Shown: piece by piece, positions 55,923-64,000 of the stretch
How positions within the stretch are numbered: position 1 is the stretch's first letter
Layout of the letters: each line of letters begins with the position of its first letter
IMG/VR virus record: IMGVR_UViG_3300050821_004478
From: a virus
Reading direction: 5' to 3' (one strand)
Length of the DNA: 64,000 bases
Made by a program: the position numbers and the translations under genes
Notes under the pieces: generated by a model
Told to the model about the DNA's origin: nothing
The model's database searches: none
What the model saw: the letters and a program-made list of their open reading frames with translations, nothing else

Positions 55923-58900
55923 TTACTTTTTGAAGGCATTCAGAAACTGTGCGGCACCGACCTGTCCGGCCTTCTTCGGCGCGCCTAGATTCTCTATACC
56001 GCCCGCTGTCTTGCCCTGGTTGGCCCCGTAGTTGAATCCGGTCTGCTCCGCTTCCGGCGTCTCGCCCTCTTCCTTGGCAGCACGCGCGGCGGCGTCCTTG
56101 AATGACCAAGACTCCTTCGGGATGCCGTGAGCACGATACAAAGCCTGCTCATAATACCAAAGCACAGCCTGCAGACTAGAGGTGGTGAGACCCAGCTTAT
56201 TCGCGGTCTTCTCGAACGACTCCTTCATCAATCCGCGCTCCGCGCCATTGCGCGGCGAGTCAGAGAGAATCGCATCGTCACCAAACGAATTCTTACCGAA
56301 CTCCATCGTCCCCATCCAACGGTTCCAAGTGCGCGACACCCACATATCGGCGGTGAACGCAGACTCAACCCCGTGGAGATTCTGCATGAAAGGCCCGCGC
56401 TTCTCGCCCAAAATCATAGCGCCCGGACGCATGTCGGTCTTCTTGCCCTTCACGCCGCTGTTGTATTCCTTCAACTCCGAAACCGGGTGATCGGCCATCA
56501 GCCAATCGGCTGCGCCCTTCTCGCCCTTCCCAGCGACCAGCTTGTTAATCATCTCCAGCGCGTTGCCGTACGCAGCCACTCCGCGAGGCCCCCACGACTT
56601 TCCGGTCGCCGGGTTCATAGGAGGGAACTGACCAGTCTCGTTATACGCATCCCAAGCCTTCACAGCGGCCTTGAAGTTGCCGTAAGGCTTCTGTCCAGAT
56701 GATAGCACAGCTTCCGCAGCCTTGAAGAGCGACAACTTTACAGGATGGCCTGGAACTGAGTCGAGCGTTTCCCCGCCCACCAACTCCGGTCTCATGCCTT
56801 GCAAAGAATTGTCGTGGTCCTTCATCTCTGTGGTGTACCACTCGGTGCCGGTCTTGCCTTGCGCTAGCTGATACTTTGCCTCGTCCTCGGCTAACCTTTG
56901 GGCGCGGGCTGTCATCTTCCCGCCTTCCGTCCCAGGTTCCAACACGGGATTCTTTTCCTTGCTGTATTCATTCAAAGCTTGGGCCACGTCGATATTCGAG
57001 ATGCGTCCCTTCTCTCCGGTGCCTTCCACTTCCAACGGATTCTTCATCAGCGGAACCGAAGAACCTTTCGGAGACTTTGCGACTTGACTCTCTTGTAGAT
57101 CAGATGGAAGAAGGCCAACCTTATTCTCTGCATATGGACGCTCTGCGGGAGGAACGTATCCAGACTCGCCCTTCTTAGGAATATTTCCAACTTCATCGCG
57201 CAGATGTTTTCCGAAGTTCACCCAAGAATTCTGTCCACGAGTTTCCGATGTCAATGCGGGAATAGCTTCCGGTGGAAACATCTGACGGTGAACTAAGTAT
57301 GCATTCTCTTCGCCCTTAGGCCCAAACTCAAATCCATGCGCGGCATGCCCGAATAGATCATGAACAGCGCGGAACATATCGTTTGAAGTTAGACCTGTCT
57401 CCGGGTCTACCTTCGCCATTGGACTCTCTGGCTTAATATCACCACCTTGGAAGAAGTAAAGGTGATTGTTGTTACGGACGTCATCTGCCATCTCCGCAGA
57501 GTTAGCATACGGCTGTCCTTCCTTCGTCCACGGTTCAAACTTCATACCCATCTTCTGAGTCGCGTAATCCCACTGCTTGCGCACCTCGTCTGCCATCGAC
57601 TGGTATGCTTTTTGAACTTCCGGATTGTTCGGCTCGTGCTTCATAGCATCAAAGGCATCCGCCACACGCTTCGCAAACTCAACATTATGCGGCTTCGGTA
57701 TAGCGTCTATCGCAGGAAGGCCGCGTTCTTTGTTATACTCATCTGCGCCCTTCGCGACTTCCGGTGTCTTTTCAATCTTCGATTCCGCAATGCCCGTAGG
57801 CGTGACTTTTTCAGGAACCTTATTCCAATCATCCACGGCCCGTAGAAAATCACCGATAGAACCGTATCCTGAAAGTCCTCTTCCTTTCTCTCCACCCTTG
57901 CCCATCAAATCCCATGTCAGCGTGCCGTCGCCTACTCCACTCTTCGCGGCTGTTCTCAAATTGTGGGCGATAATGGCTCTCTGATCTTCTGTGGGAGCGG
58001 TATGCATTTCAATACCGATATTTCCGTCGCCGCCTTCTGGATAGACAATACGAGCAGCGCCTGTGTTCTTCTCAAATTTGTTTACAGCGCCCTCAATTGT
58101 TTCTCCCGTAGGCGTACGATATCCCGCAGCCTCGGCTATATCCGAGTGAGCGTTCTTCGCATTGATGATTCGTCCGTCAGGAAGAACCATTCCCGGCGCA
58201 GTCTTGTTAGAGAAGTCAGAATTGTACGAATATTTAACCGGATGAAAATCTTCATTCGGGTGCTTCTCTAGTTTCTCTACCGCTGTAACCGCGCTCTCTT
58301 CCGGCTTGCCCTTCTCAGCCGCAGCATATTCGGCGCGCTTCGCAGCGAGTCGTTCCTTCACCAACTCCGGTGTGATCGACTCTACGGGGAAGTTCAACGA
58401 TGTGCCGGTGGTCGGCTCGTGGACGTACGCGGTGTCGGGATACTGGCGGGTCTCGCCGGTCGCCTTGTCCACGTACTCGAAGCCCTTCTGCACGCCGCCC
58501 GGGATGCCCCCACCTGCGCGGATAGCCTCATCGATTTCCGGCTTGCCGGTGGTGGTTTCCTTCGGGACAGGAATCTTACCTACTTGGCTTTCAGCGACCC
58601 CACGGGCTGCTGCAGCTTCCCTAGCAGACTTTGGTGTTCCTGTGCCGCGTCTGTCTTCACCTTCTCCTGGGGTCTTCTTCCCAGCGGCTTCTCCCTTCTC
58701 AGCTTTCTCGCCGCCTTCCCCAGCCCCTGCGCCATCTGGCCCAGGCTCAGTTCCTGTGTATTCATTATGGGCATTTCTGATATCCTCTGCAAATTGAGAT
58801 ACGCGCCCATGACTTGCATGGAGCGTCTGTGACAGTCCTTCTTCTCTCACCGCAGCATTCGCACGGATGCGGTCTGCGATGTGTGGCTTGGTCAAAAATT

Positions 58901-61841
58901 CATGAGCGCGGTCGTAAGCGAGATCAACCACTTGTTCCACTTGAGACGCGGTGAAGTCTGGGTGAAGCTCTCTTATGATGGCGCGTGACTGACGGAAGTC
59001 TCCCCTTGTTGCCGGGGATGCCTTAACTTCGTCTCTCGTCATGCCCTTGAAAACTTCGTGGGATGCCGGTCCTGCCATCTTCTGGGTCAGCCACTGTACT
59101 TCCTGATTGGCTAAAGCTTCCGGGTCGATATTACCTGCAGCATCGCGGATACTAGCGCCGTTGAATACGGATGTAGCACCTGCGCCCTTCTCACTCTTCG
59201 GGTGAATGTCAGAGCGAATCTCGACAGGCTCTAAGCCATCGACGGCTCCAATTGCCATATGTGCCCACTCGTGTAGGTGAGCATCTTCCATTGATACGCC
59301 TTCCGGCAAACCTGGGATAACTGCAGCAGGCGCGTGAGCCTTCATCGCAGGTGAATGCGATACCAGCGCAGACTCGTCGCCGCGTCCTAGTGAGACGAGC
59401 GTCGGATTCAACTTAGTCGGCTCGCCTTCGTTGGCGCGCTTGTCGGCCTCCGCGAGCAATTCCTTTTCCTTGACAGGCTCGATCTTGACTTCCGCGTTTG
59501 GCTTGCCTGCAGCCTGGGCGGCAGCGCGGTCGGCTGTGTCGGCCTTCAAAATCTTCGTGAGCAGCGTCTTCTCTGCAGGGTCTAGTTCTACGCCGCTGCG
59601 GTTCTTCGCCGCAACATCATCGCGAAGGTTCTGTTCCAGTTCCTTGTATGAGGAATCTTCTAGATTTGATTCACCGTAGTGCGCCGCAAGTTCTGCGTGC
59701 AGGTCGGTGTTCTCCCTAGGTGTCAACTCAACGGAGCTAGGTCCATTCTTCACAGCCGGTGGAATTGCTTCGGTTGGAATTACTGGCGGTGTTCCAGTTC
59801 CCTTGATCTCGACTGGCTTGCGGTTAGTGCCCTTGAACTTCATCGACTTCTCGATGTGTTCGTCGCGCGTCATGTCGCGAGGTGCGATGAAGTCTTCGAT
59901 AGGCTGTCCAACGGCCTCTCCGATTGCGCCGCCCGCGATAGCGCCCGGGATTCCCCCCGCTTCCGCCCCAGCCGCGATACCCATGCCCTTGATAGCCTTC
60001 CCGGTCAATCGACCAAGTAGGCCGCGCATCGCGCTGGCATTGCCGCTACCGCGAACGGTTGTGCCGCCACGGTTCGCACGAATTTGAGCGCCGATTGCAT
60101 CGCGCACATTGATAAGAGATGCAGTCTCCCCTCTAGCTGCGCGAATTCCCTCCACTCCGTGACCTTCCAGATTGTTGTAGATCGCGTTGCGCAGTTCGTC
60201 TGCCATGAAGAAGCGAGCCGCAAAGTCTGGGTTCGTCTCGATCATGTTGTAGATATCCCAATTATTCGCGCCCTTCATGGAAGCGCGGTTGTAATTGTTC
60301 AACTTGGTGAGCGTGTCTTGGGCCTCGCTCATGGTCGGGTCGGTAAGATTAAACTCCGACAAAGCGTCCATCGCGTTCGAGAAGTTTCCATCCAGCTTCG
60401 CCATCTCTTCCAACTTCTGGGCGACCTTGATCTTCGGGCTGTCTTCCGGCTTAGTGGTGACTGGTTCGTCGGCATACTTCTCAACGTAAGGCTTGATCTT
60501 GTCTTCGATGCCCTGACGCCCGCCTTCTACGGCCTCGTACGCAGACGGGAGATCGTTGATCTTCGCGCCGCCTGCCTTCGCAGCCTCCATGTGAGCGCGG
60601 GCGATTTCTTCGTCTTCCGGAGTGTATCTGTTTGCACCGCGAGACGGCACGGCCTTCTGGAATAGATCGCTGGCCTTCTTCTGCTCCGACGCCTTCGATT
60701 CGTACTCATCGGCCTTGTTCTTATCCGCAGCCTTTGTGATCTGACGGCCTAACTTCTCCACCGCGATCTTCGCGGCGGCGCGACGCTGAGCGGCTTGATC
60801 GAATGCCTTTTGCGCATCGGCTACGTTCTTTGCGGCCTCGTTTGCTAACTGTCTCGCCGCGTCGGTAGCTGCCGGGGTGCCTTGTCCCGCAGTTTCTTTC
60901 TGGGCTGCATCCAAGGCGCGCTGCTGTACTTCCGCTGCCTGCGCTCTCGCGGTTTCCAAATTACGTGAGCGATTTGTGTACTCTTGCTCCGCAGCGGTGT
61001 GCGTATTTACTGCGACACCGAAACGGTCTAGTACTGGATTAAGTTTCTCGTGAACAAGTCCGCCAGCGACAACTCCGGTGACGTTGCCTACCAACTCAGC
61101 TACGTCCGGAGACGCGCCCATATACTCCGCAGCCTTCTGCGCGTTTGTTTGCGCAACCATCGCAGGCAGGACAACCGCAAGTGCCTCCCCGCCCGGTGCT
61201 GCTACCGCACCAACAGGCCCCGCAGATTGAAATAGACCCTCGACAATCTTGTTGGCGGCGGCTGCAGATTTATCCAAATCCATGCCGCTGTTGACGAGAC
61301 CTTCATATACCTGCTTGTGAAGGGCAACGCTGCCCTCCAAAGCCTTGGGAAGTCCCTCGGCTGGGCCTGCAAAAAACTCTCCTGCTTTTTCCGAGACTCC
61401 CGAATGGGTACCTGTCGCACCCATCTTCTTGAGCATAGCTCCGACCCAAGTGGAGGCACTCCCGTTCTTCACATCGGTCTGCACGTCCTGCAGCCAAGAT
61501 TCAAACCCGCCTTCGCGAGGACTAATAGACGTCTTGCCCGCAGGAGGAGTGAGATTGAGTACACCGGACGGTTGAACTTTGGTTTCGGCTGGCTTGAATC
61601 CCGGTGGCGGCGCGACTTGCGCTTCCACGACTGGCCGGAATCCTGGGGGAGGAGGTGGCGCAACCTGTGCGTTTACCGTTACCGGCTTAAATCCCGGAGG
61701 CGGCGGTGGCGCAGCTTGTTCATCGCCCACATTCGCAGGTCCAAGCGGTTTGCCTGCGACATCGTAGGCAATACCGTTATCTATACTCGTGGTTCCTGCT
61801 GGCTGATTTGTTGTTGATAGATCAGTTGACTGGTCGGCCAT
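55923..61841 (-). CDS. Giant multidomain protein (1972 aa), virion-associated / polyvalent-type candidate
   Basis: Single uninterrupted ORF. N-terminal triple Pro-rich repeat (APPPPPGF[KR]PV). Gly/Ala-rich hydrophobic segments and coiled coils. HExxH 'HLHEWAHM' is encoded at 59259-59273. Also a 'FRAVHDLFGHAAHGFEFG' block. Confidence 0.6.
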   Translation of the reverse strand: MADQSTDLSTTNQPAGTTSIDNGIAYDVAGKPLGPANVGDEQAAPPPPPGFKPVTVNAQVAPPPPPGFRPVVEAQVAPPPGFKPAETKVQPSGVLNLTPPAGKTSISPREGGFESWLQDVQTDVKNGSASTWVGAMLKKMGATGTHSGVSEKAGEFFAGPAEGLPKALEGSVALHKQVYEGLVNSGMDLDKSAAAANKIVEGLFQSAGPVGAVAAPGGEALAVVLPAMVAQTNAQKAAEYMGASPDVAELVGNVTGVVAGGLVHEKLNPVLDRFGVAVNTHTAAEQEYTNRSRNLETARAQAAEVQQRALDAAQKETAGQGTPAATDAARQLANEAAKNVADAQKAFDQAAQRRAAAKIAVEKLGRQITKAADKNKADEYESKASEQKKASDLFQKAVPSRGANRYTPEDEEIARAHMEAAKAGGAKINDLPSAYEAVEGGRQGIEDKIKPYVEKYADEPVTTKPEDSPKIKVAQKLEEMAKLDGNFSNAMDALSEFNLTDPTMSEAQDTLTKLNNYNRASMKGANNWDIYNMIETNPDFAARFFMADELRNAIYNNLEGHGVEGIRAARGETASLINVRDAIGAQIRANRGGTTVRGSGNASAMRGLLGRLTGKAIKGMGIAAGAEAGGIPGAIAGGAIGEAVGQPIEDFIAPRDMTRDEHIEKSMKFKGTNRKPVEIKGTGTPPVIPTEAIPPAVKNGPSSVELTPRENTDLHAELAAHYGESNLEDSSYKELEQNLRDDVAAKNRSGVELDPAEKTLLTKILKADTADRAAAQAAGKPNAEVKIEPVKEKELLAEADKRANEGEPTKLNPTLVSLGRGDESALVSHSPAMKAHAPAAVIPGLPEGVSMEDAHLHEWAHMAIGAVDGLEPVEIRSDIHPKSEKGAGATSVFNGASIRDAAGNIDPEALANQEVQWLTQKMAGPASHEVFKGMTRDEVKASPATRGDFRQSRAIIRELHPDFTASQVEQVVDLAYDRAHEFLTKPHIADRIRANAAVREEGLSQTLHASHGRVSQFAEDIRNAHNEYTGTEPGPDGAGAGEGGEKAEKGEAAGKKTPGEGEDRRGTGTPKSAREAAAARGVAESQVGKIPVPKETTTGKPEIDEAIRAGGGIPGGVQKGFEYVDKATGETRQYPDTAYVHEPTTGTSLNFPVESITPELVKERLAAKRAEYAAAEKGKPEESAVTAVEKLEKHPNEDFHPVKYSYNSDFSNKTAPGMVLPDGRIINAKNAHSDIAEAAGYRTPTGETIEGAVNKFEKNTGAARIVYPEGGDGNIGIEMHTAPTEDQRAIIAHNLRTAAKSGVGDGTLTWDLMGKGGEKGRGLSGYGSIGDFLRAVDDWNKVPEKVTPTGIAESKIEKTPEVAKGADEYNKERGLPAIDAIPKPHNVEFAKRVADAFDAMKHEPNNPEVQKAYQSMADEVRKQWDYATQKMGMKFEPWTKEGQPYANSAEMADDVRNNNHLYFFQGGDIKPESPMAKVDPETGLTSNDMFRAVHDLFGHAAHGFEFGPKGEENAYLVHRQMFPPEAIPALTSETRGQNSWVNFGKHLRDEVGNIPKKGESGYVPPAERPYAENKVGLLPSDLQESQVAKSPKGSSVPLMKNPLEVEGTGEKGRISNIDVAQALNEYSKEKNPVLEPGTEGGKMTARAQRLAEDEAKYQLAQGKTGTEWYTTEMKDHDNSLQGMRPELVGGETLDSVPGHPVKLSLFKAAEAVLSSGQKPYGNFKAAVKAWDAYNETGQFPPMNPATGKSWGPRGVAAYGNALEMINKLVAGKGEKGAADWLMADHPVSELKEYNSGVKGKKTDMRPGAMILGEKRGPFMQNLHGVESAFTADMWVSRTWNRWMGTMEFGKNSFGDDAILSDSPRNGAERGLMKESFEKTANKLGLTTSSLQAVLWYYEQALYRAHGIPKESWSFKDAAARAAKEEGETPEAEQTGFNYGANQGKTAGGIENLGAPKKAGQVGAAQFLNAFKK

Positions 61842-61848
61842 GTTATCC

Positions 61849-64000
61849 TTACGGCTTGTACGGTTTCCCGTCTGCTGTTACCCACTGATTGTTAAGTAGC
61901 CAAATGTTCGTCTTACCGTCTTCCGATGTCATCGGATGTGTTCCACCCTTTGGAGCCGCTGTGGCGGCTGTTGCGGGAGTCTTACCTGCCGTGATCTGCT
62001 GCTGTACTGGATTTTCTGTTGGCGGTGAAAGCGGCGAACGAGCGAAATCGCCATACTCTCGCGCCAAGAATCTGTTGTTTCCAACGCGTCCATCAAACTG
62101 AGAGCCTACGGCACCCAGCGTCGATGCAATCGCGTATCTGCGCTGTTCTGCGGTTTGAGCCGCACCAAACAAGGCAAGTGCAGCATTGCGCGCAGTATCA
62201 GATGCGGTACCGCCGCCCATAACCTTACCGTAGTCGTCGGCCACACCAAGTACCAAGGCCGCGTATCCTGACAGTGGACCCTTACCTTCCTTCAACTTCA
62301 GCCAATCTTCTGCCGTGTTCAAAGTCGGGAAAGAGTTATCTGGAATCTGCTTTGCCATCTCTGTAAGCTGGTCCATCGTGCCGCCCTTAGACATAAGCGA
62401 ACGAGCAGAGCCGAAGAATGTGGCTGTTGTTGGTGACTTCGCGATGTGCTCGAAGTTCACTTCGTCAGCCGGGTTGTAATTCTTGTCAATCTTCTGAGCC
62501 TCGGTTGTCGCCTTCTCGATGAAGTCCGTTGTTGTTTGACGCGTGCGAAGGTCGGCCAGAGTTAAGTCACCTCTTGCAAGCATGCGACCTGCAGTTACCG
62601 GGTCACCTTGCTTTGCAACTTGGTCAGCCGTTGCCTTACGCTGCATGTCGTCGAAGTAGTTATCGCGAGCCAACTTTGCGGCGTCGATAGCTGAGGTCAA
62701 CTTTGCCTTGTTTCCCGGGTCAGTCTCGGTCTTCAATGCCTCTTGAAGTTGAGGTATAACACCGGAAGCCTTGTCGCCGGATAGCGACGTCGGGTCGTGG
62801 AGAATCTTATCGACCCACTTGATGCCCTCTTCTGAATCCTTCTTGTATGCCTCGACCTGCTTCTCGGTGATTGCTTGAGACGTGAATGTCGCGACCTTCT
62901 GCTTCTCTGCAGTCAGGTCCGCGATCTGTGAGTTAGCCGCGTCGAGTCCCTGCTGATTCTTTTGGGTCTTCGCTATATCAGCTTGTGCCTGCAAGTCTTG
63001 GATATGCAAGTCCGCATTCTGTTGATACTGCAGAAGTCCCGCGTACGCAGAACCCGGAATGTGAGAGATCGCAGCTTGAATAGTCGGGTCGGTCAAGTAA
63101 GGGCTTAGTGTCTTCAACTCTTCATCGCTGACCGGCTTCTCTCGTGAATTGTTCAAAATGCCAACCGCATTGCGGGCCAGATTCAACGCGCCATTCGACG
63201 CAGCAAATTGGTTGCTGGTTAGTTTCGTGTTTGGAGGATACTGCGCAACACCGTACTTTTGAAAGTCCGTGCTCATTTGAGCAGGTACAATCTTGTCGTC
63301 TTTTTCTCCGCTCTTGGTTGCGCGGGTGATGATGTCGTAAGTCGGAGAGGTGATTACATCTCCGTCCTTATCCTTCTTCGGCTCTCCTTGCGCATTAAGA
63401 ACCGGCTCTTCACCTGTGGCGCGAACGAAGTACTTAGTCGCAAAATCCTTGTCAGTTTGAAAGCGTCTCGCCATCTCGGCGTGATTGATACCACTTTCGA
63501 TGTCGTGATTTTCTTTATAGGCGTCAGAAAATTCCTGATTGCCCTTGTACGCGGCTTGGCGAATACCTTGATCTTGCTGATAAATGTTGCGGTGCAGAGC
63601 AACCGTTTCCGCCTGGGTTTTCGCCAAAAGTGCGTCTTCTTTCTTGGCCTCAGCGAGGCGCTTGTTGCGCGCGTTCAGCGTGTTCGTTACACCGGTCAGC
63701 CAGCCGCCCTTCGTGTCAGAGGCGTGAGACGCGTCGCCTAATGCGCCGGATAATTTATCTCCGAAACTTCCTGTCGACGGCGCAGCTTCGGGAACCGGAC
63801 GGTCGACTGCAGGTGCTGCAGCCTGGGCCTTCTTCTGACTCTCGACTGCTGCTGTCTTCACAGCCAACGGCGAGTTCTTTTGTACGTCAGTAATGTGTTT
63901 TAGATAGCCCGCGACGATGCCGTCCAATCCAGTTCCGGCTAAAATTCCGCCTATACCCGTTGGGGCCGGGGTTCCGGGAGTCGTACCTTGGGCTACCGGT
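61849..64000 (-). CDS. Large alpha-helical protein, 5'-truncated by the window edge (more than 716 aa)
   Basis: The track start at 63927 is a TTG. The frame stays open to position 64000 (…PVAQGTTPGTPAPTGIGGILAGTGLDGIVAGYL…), so the gene begins outside the window. Confidence 0.6.
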   Translation of the reverse strand, partial: PVAQGTTPGTPAPTGIGGILAGTGLDGIVAGYLKHITDVQKNSPLAVKTAAVESQKKAQAAAPAVDRPVPEAAPSTGSFGDKLSGALGDASHASDTKGGWLTGVTNTLNARNKRLAEAKKEDALLAKTQAETVALHRNIYQQDQGIRQAAYKGNQEFSDAYKENHDIESGINHAEMARRFQTDKDFATKYFVRATGEEPVLNAQGEPKKDKDGDVITSPTYDIITRATKSGEKDDKIVPAQMSTDFQKYGVAQYPPNTKLTSNQFAASNGALNLARNAVGILNNSREKPVSDEELKTLSPYLTDPTIQAAISHIPGSAYAGLLQYQQNADLHIQDLQAQADIAKTQKNQQGLDAANSQIADLTAEKQKVATFTSQAITEKQVEAYKKDSEEGIKWVDKILHDPTSLSGDKASGVIPQLQEALKTETDPGNKAKLTSAIDAAKLARDNYFDDMQRKATADQVAKQGDPVTAGRMLARGDLTLADLRTRQTTTDFIEKATTEAQKIDKNYNPADEVNFEHIAKSPTTATFFGSARSLMSKGGTMDQLTEMAKQIPDNSFPTLNTAEDWLKLKEGKGPLSGYAALVLGVADDYGKVMGGGTASDTARNAALALFGAAQTAEQRRYAIASTLGAVGSQFDGRVGNNRFLAREYGDFARSPLSPPTENPVQQQITAGKTPATAATAAPKGGTHPMTSEDGKTNIWLLNNQWVTADGKPYKP

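Larger units (their letters stand above)
1..64000. mobile_element. Temperate tailed-phage / prophage genome segment (whole window)
   Basis: Gene-dense, translationally coupled short ORFs. Carries phage replication, recombination and lysis genes, a tyrosine integrase, free-standing HNH/EndoVII nucleases and giant virion-type ORFs. No housekeeping genes seen. Confidence 0.8.

Noticed and set aside
56127-60665. Multiple plus-strand ORFs of 100-190 aa (56127, 57447, 58306, 59707, 60084 and others)
   Set aside because: All lie antisense to the single uninterrupted 1972-aa minus-strand ORF.
63925-63927. Start codon given by the ORF track for the 692-aa ORF
   Set aside because: It is a TTG with no SD. 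The same frame remains open through position 64000, so the gene is truncated by the window rather than starting here.

Overview
The whole 64 kb window reads as a gene-dense temperate tailed-phage or prophage segment. I saw no cellular housekeeping genes. ORFs are short and tightly coupled, with dozens of ATGA, TAATG and GTGA stop/start overlaps. Layout: (i) 1-172, two minus-strand tRNAs that both look Pro-type, one of them structurally atypical. (ii) 406-5095, a minus-strand operon of small ORFs, a coiled-coil fibre-like protein, a Tat-signal Cys-rich protein and an HNH nuclease. (iii) 5096-6332, about 1.2 kb of repeat-rich non-coding DNA between divergent promoters. (iv) 6333-53483, a long plus-strand early/middle region. 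It holds many micro-ORFs, DUF932, a SWIM protein, Endo VII, a dNMP kinase, an HD hydrolase, a DnaQ-like exonuclease, a Prim-Pol/helicase and a family-A DNA polymerase split in two around a 68-aa ORF. It also holds an RlpA-like lytic transglycosylase, a pentapeptide-repeat protein, a RecT/Red-beta-like annealase, a UvrD helicase, a PD-(D/E)XK nuclease, a GH108 endolysin and a tyrosine integrase. (v) 53522 to beyond 64000, a minus-strand late-type block with a GT-A glycosyltransferase, HNH and Endo VII nucleases, a 1972-aa multidomain ORF and a second large ORF that runs off the window. The most unusual content is a 7.2 kb glycosyltransferase island (35968-43148). It contains GT2, GT31, GT6, GT11, a GT6-GT32-GT2 fusion and a 4,6-dehydratase-like SDR. 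That enzyme set follows the logic of ABH (histo-blood-group-type) glycan synthesis. A recurrent promoter architecture (perfect TTGACA, exactly 17 bp, then a TAnnnT or GAnnAT -10) occurs about 18 times on both strands. All functional calls come from motif recognition by eye and need HMM or structure confirmation.
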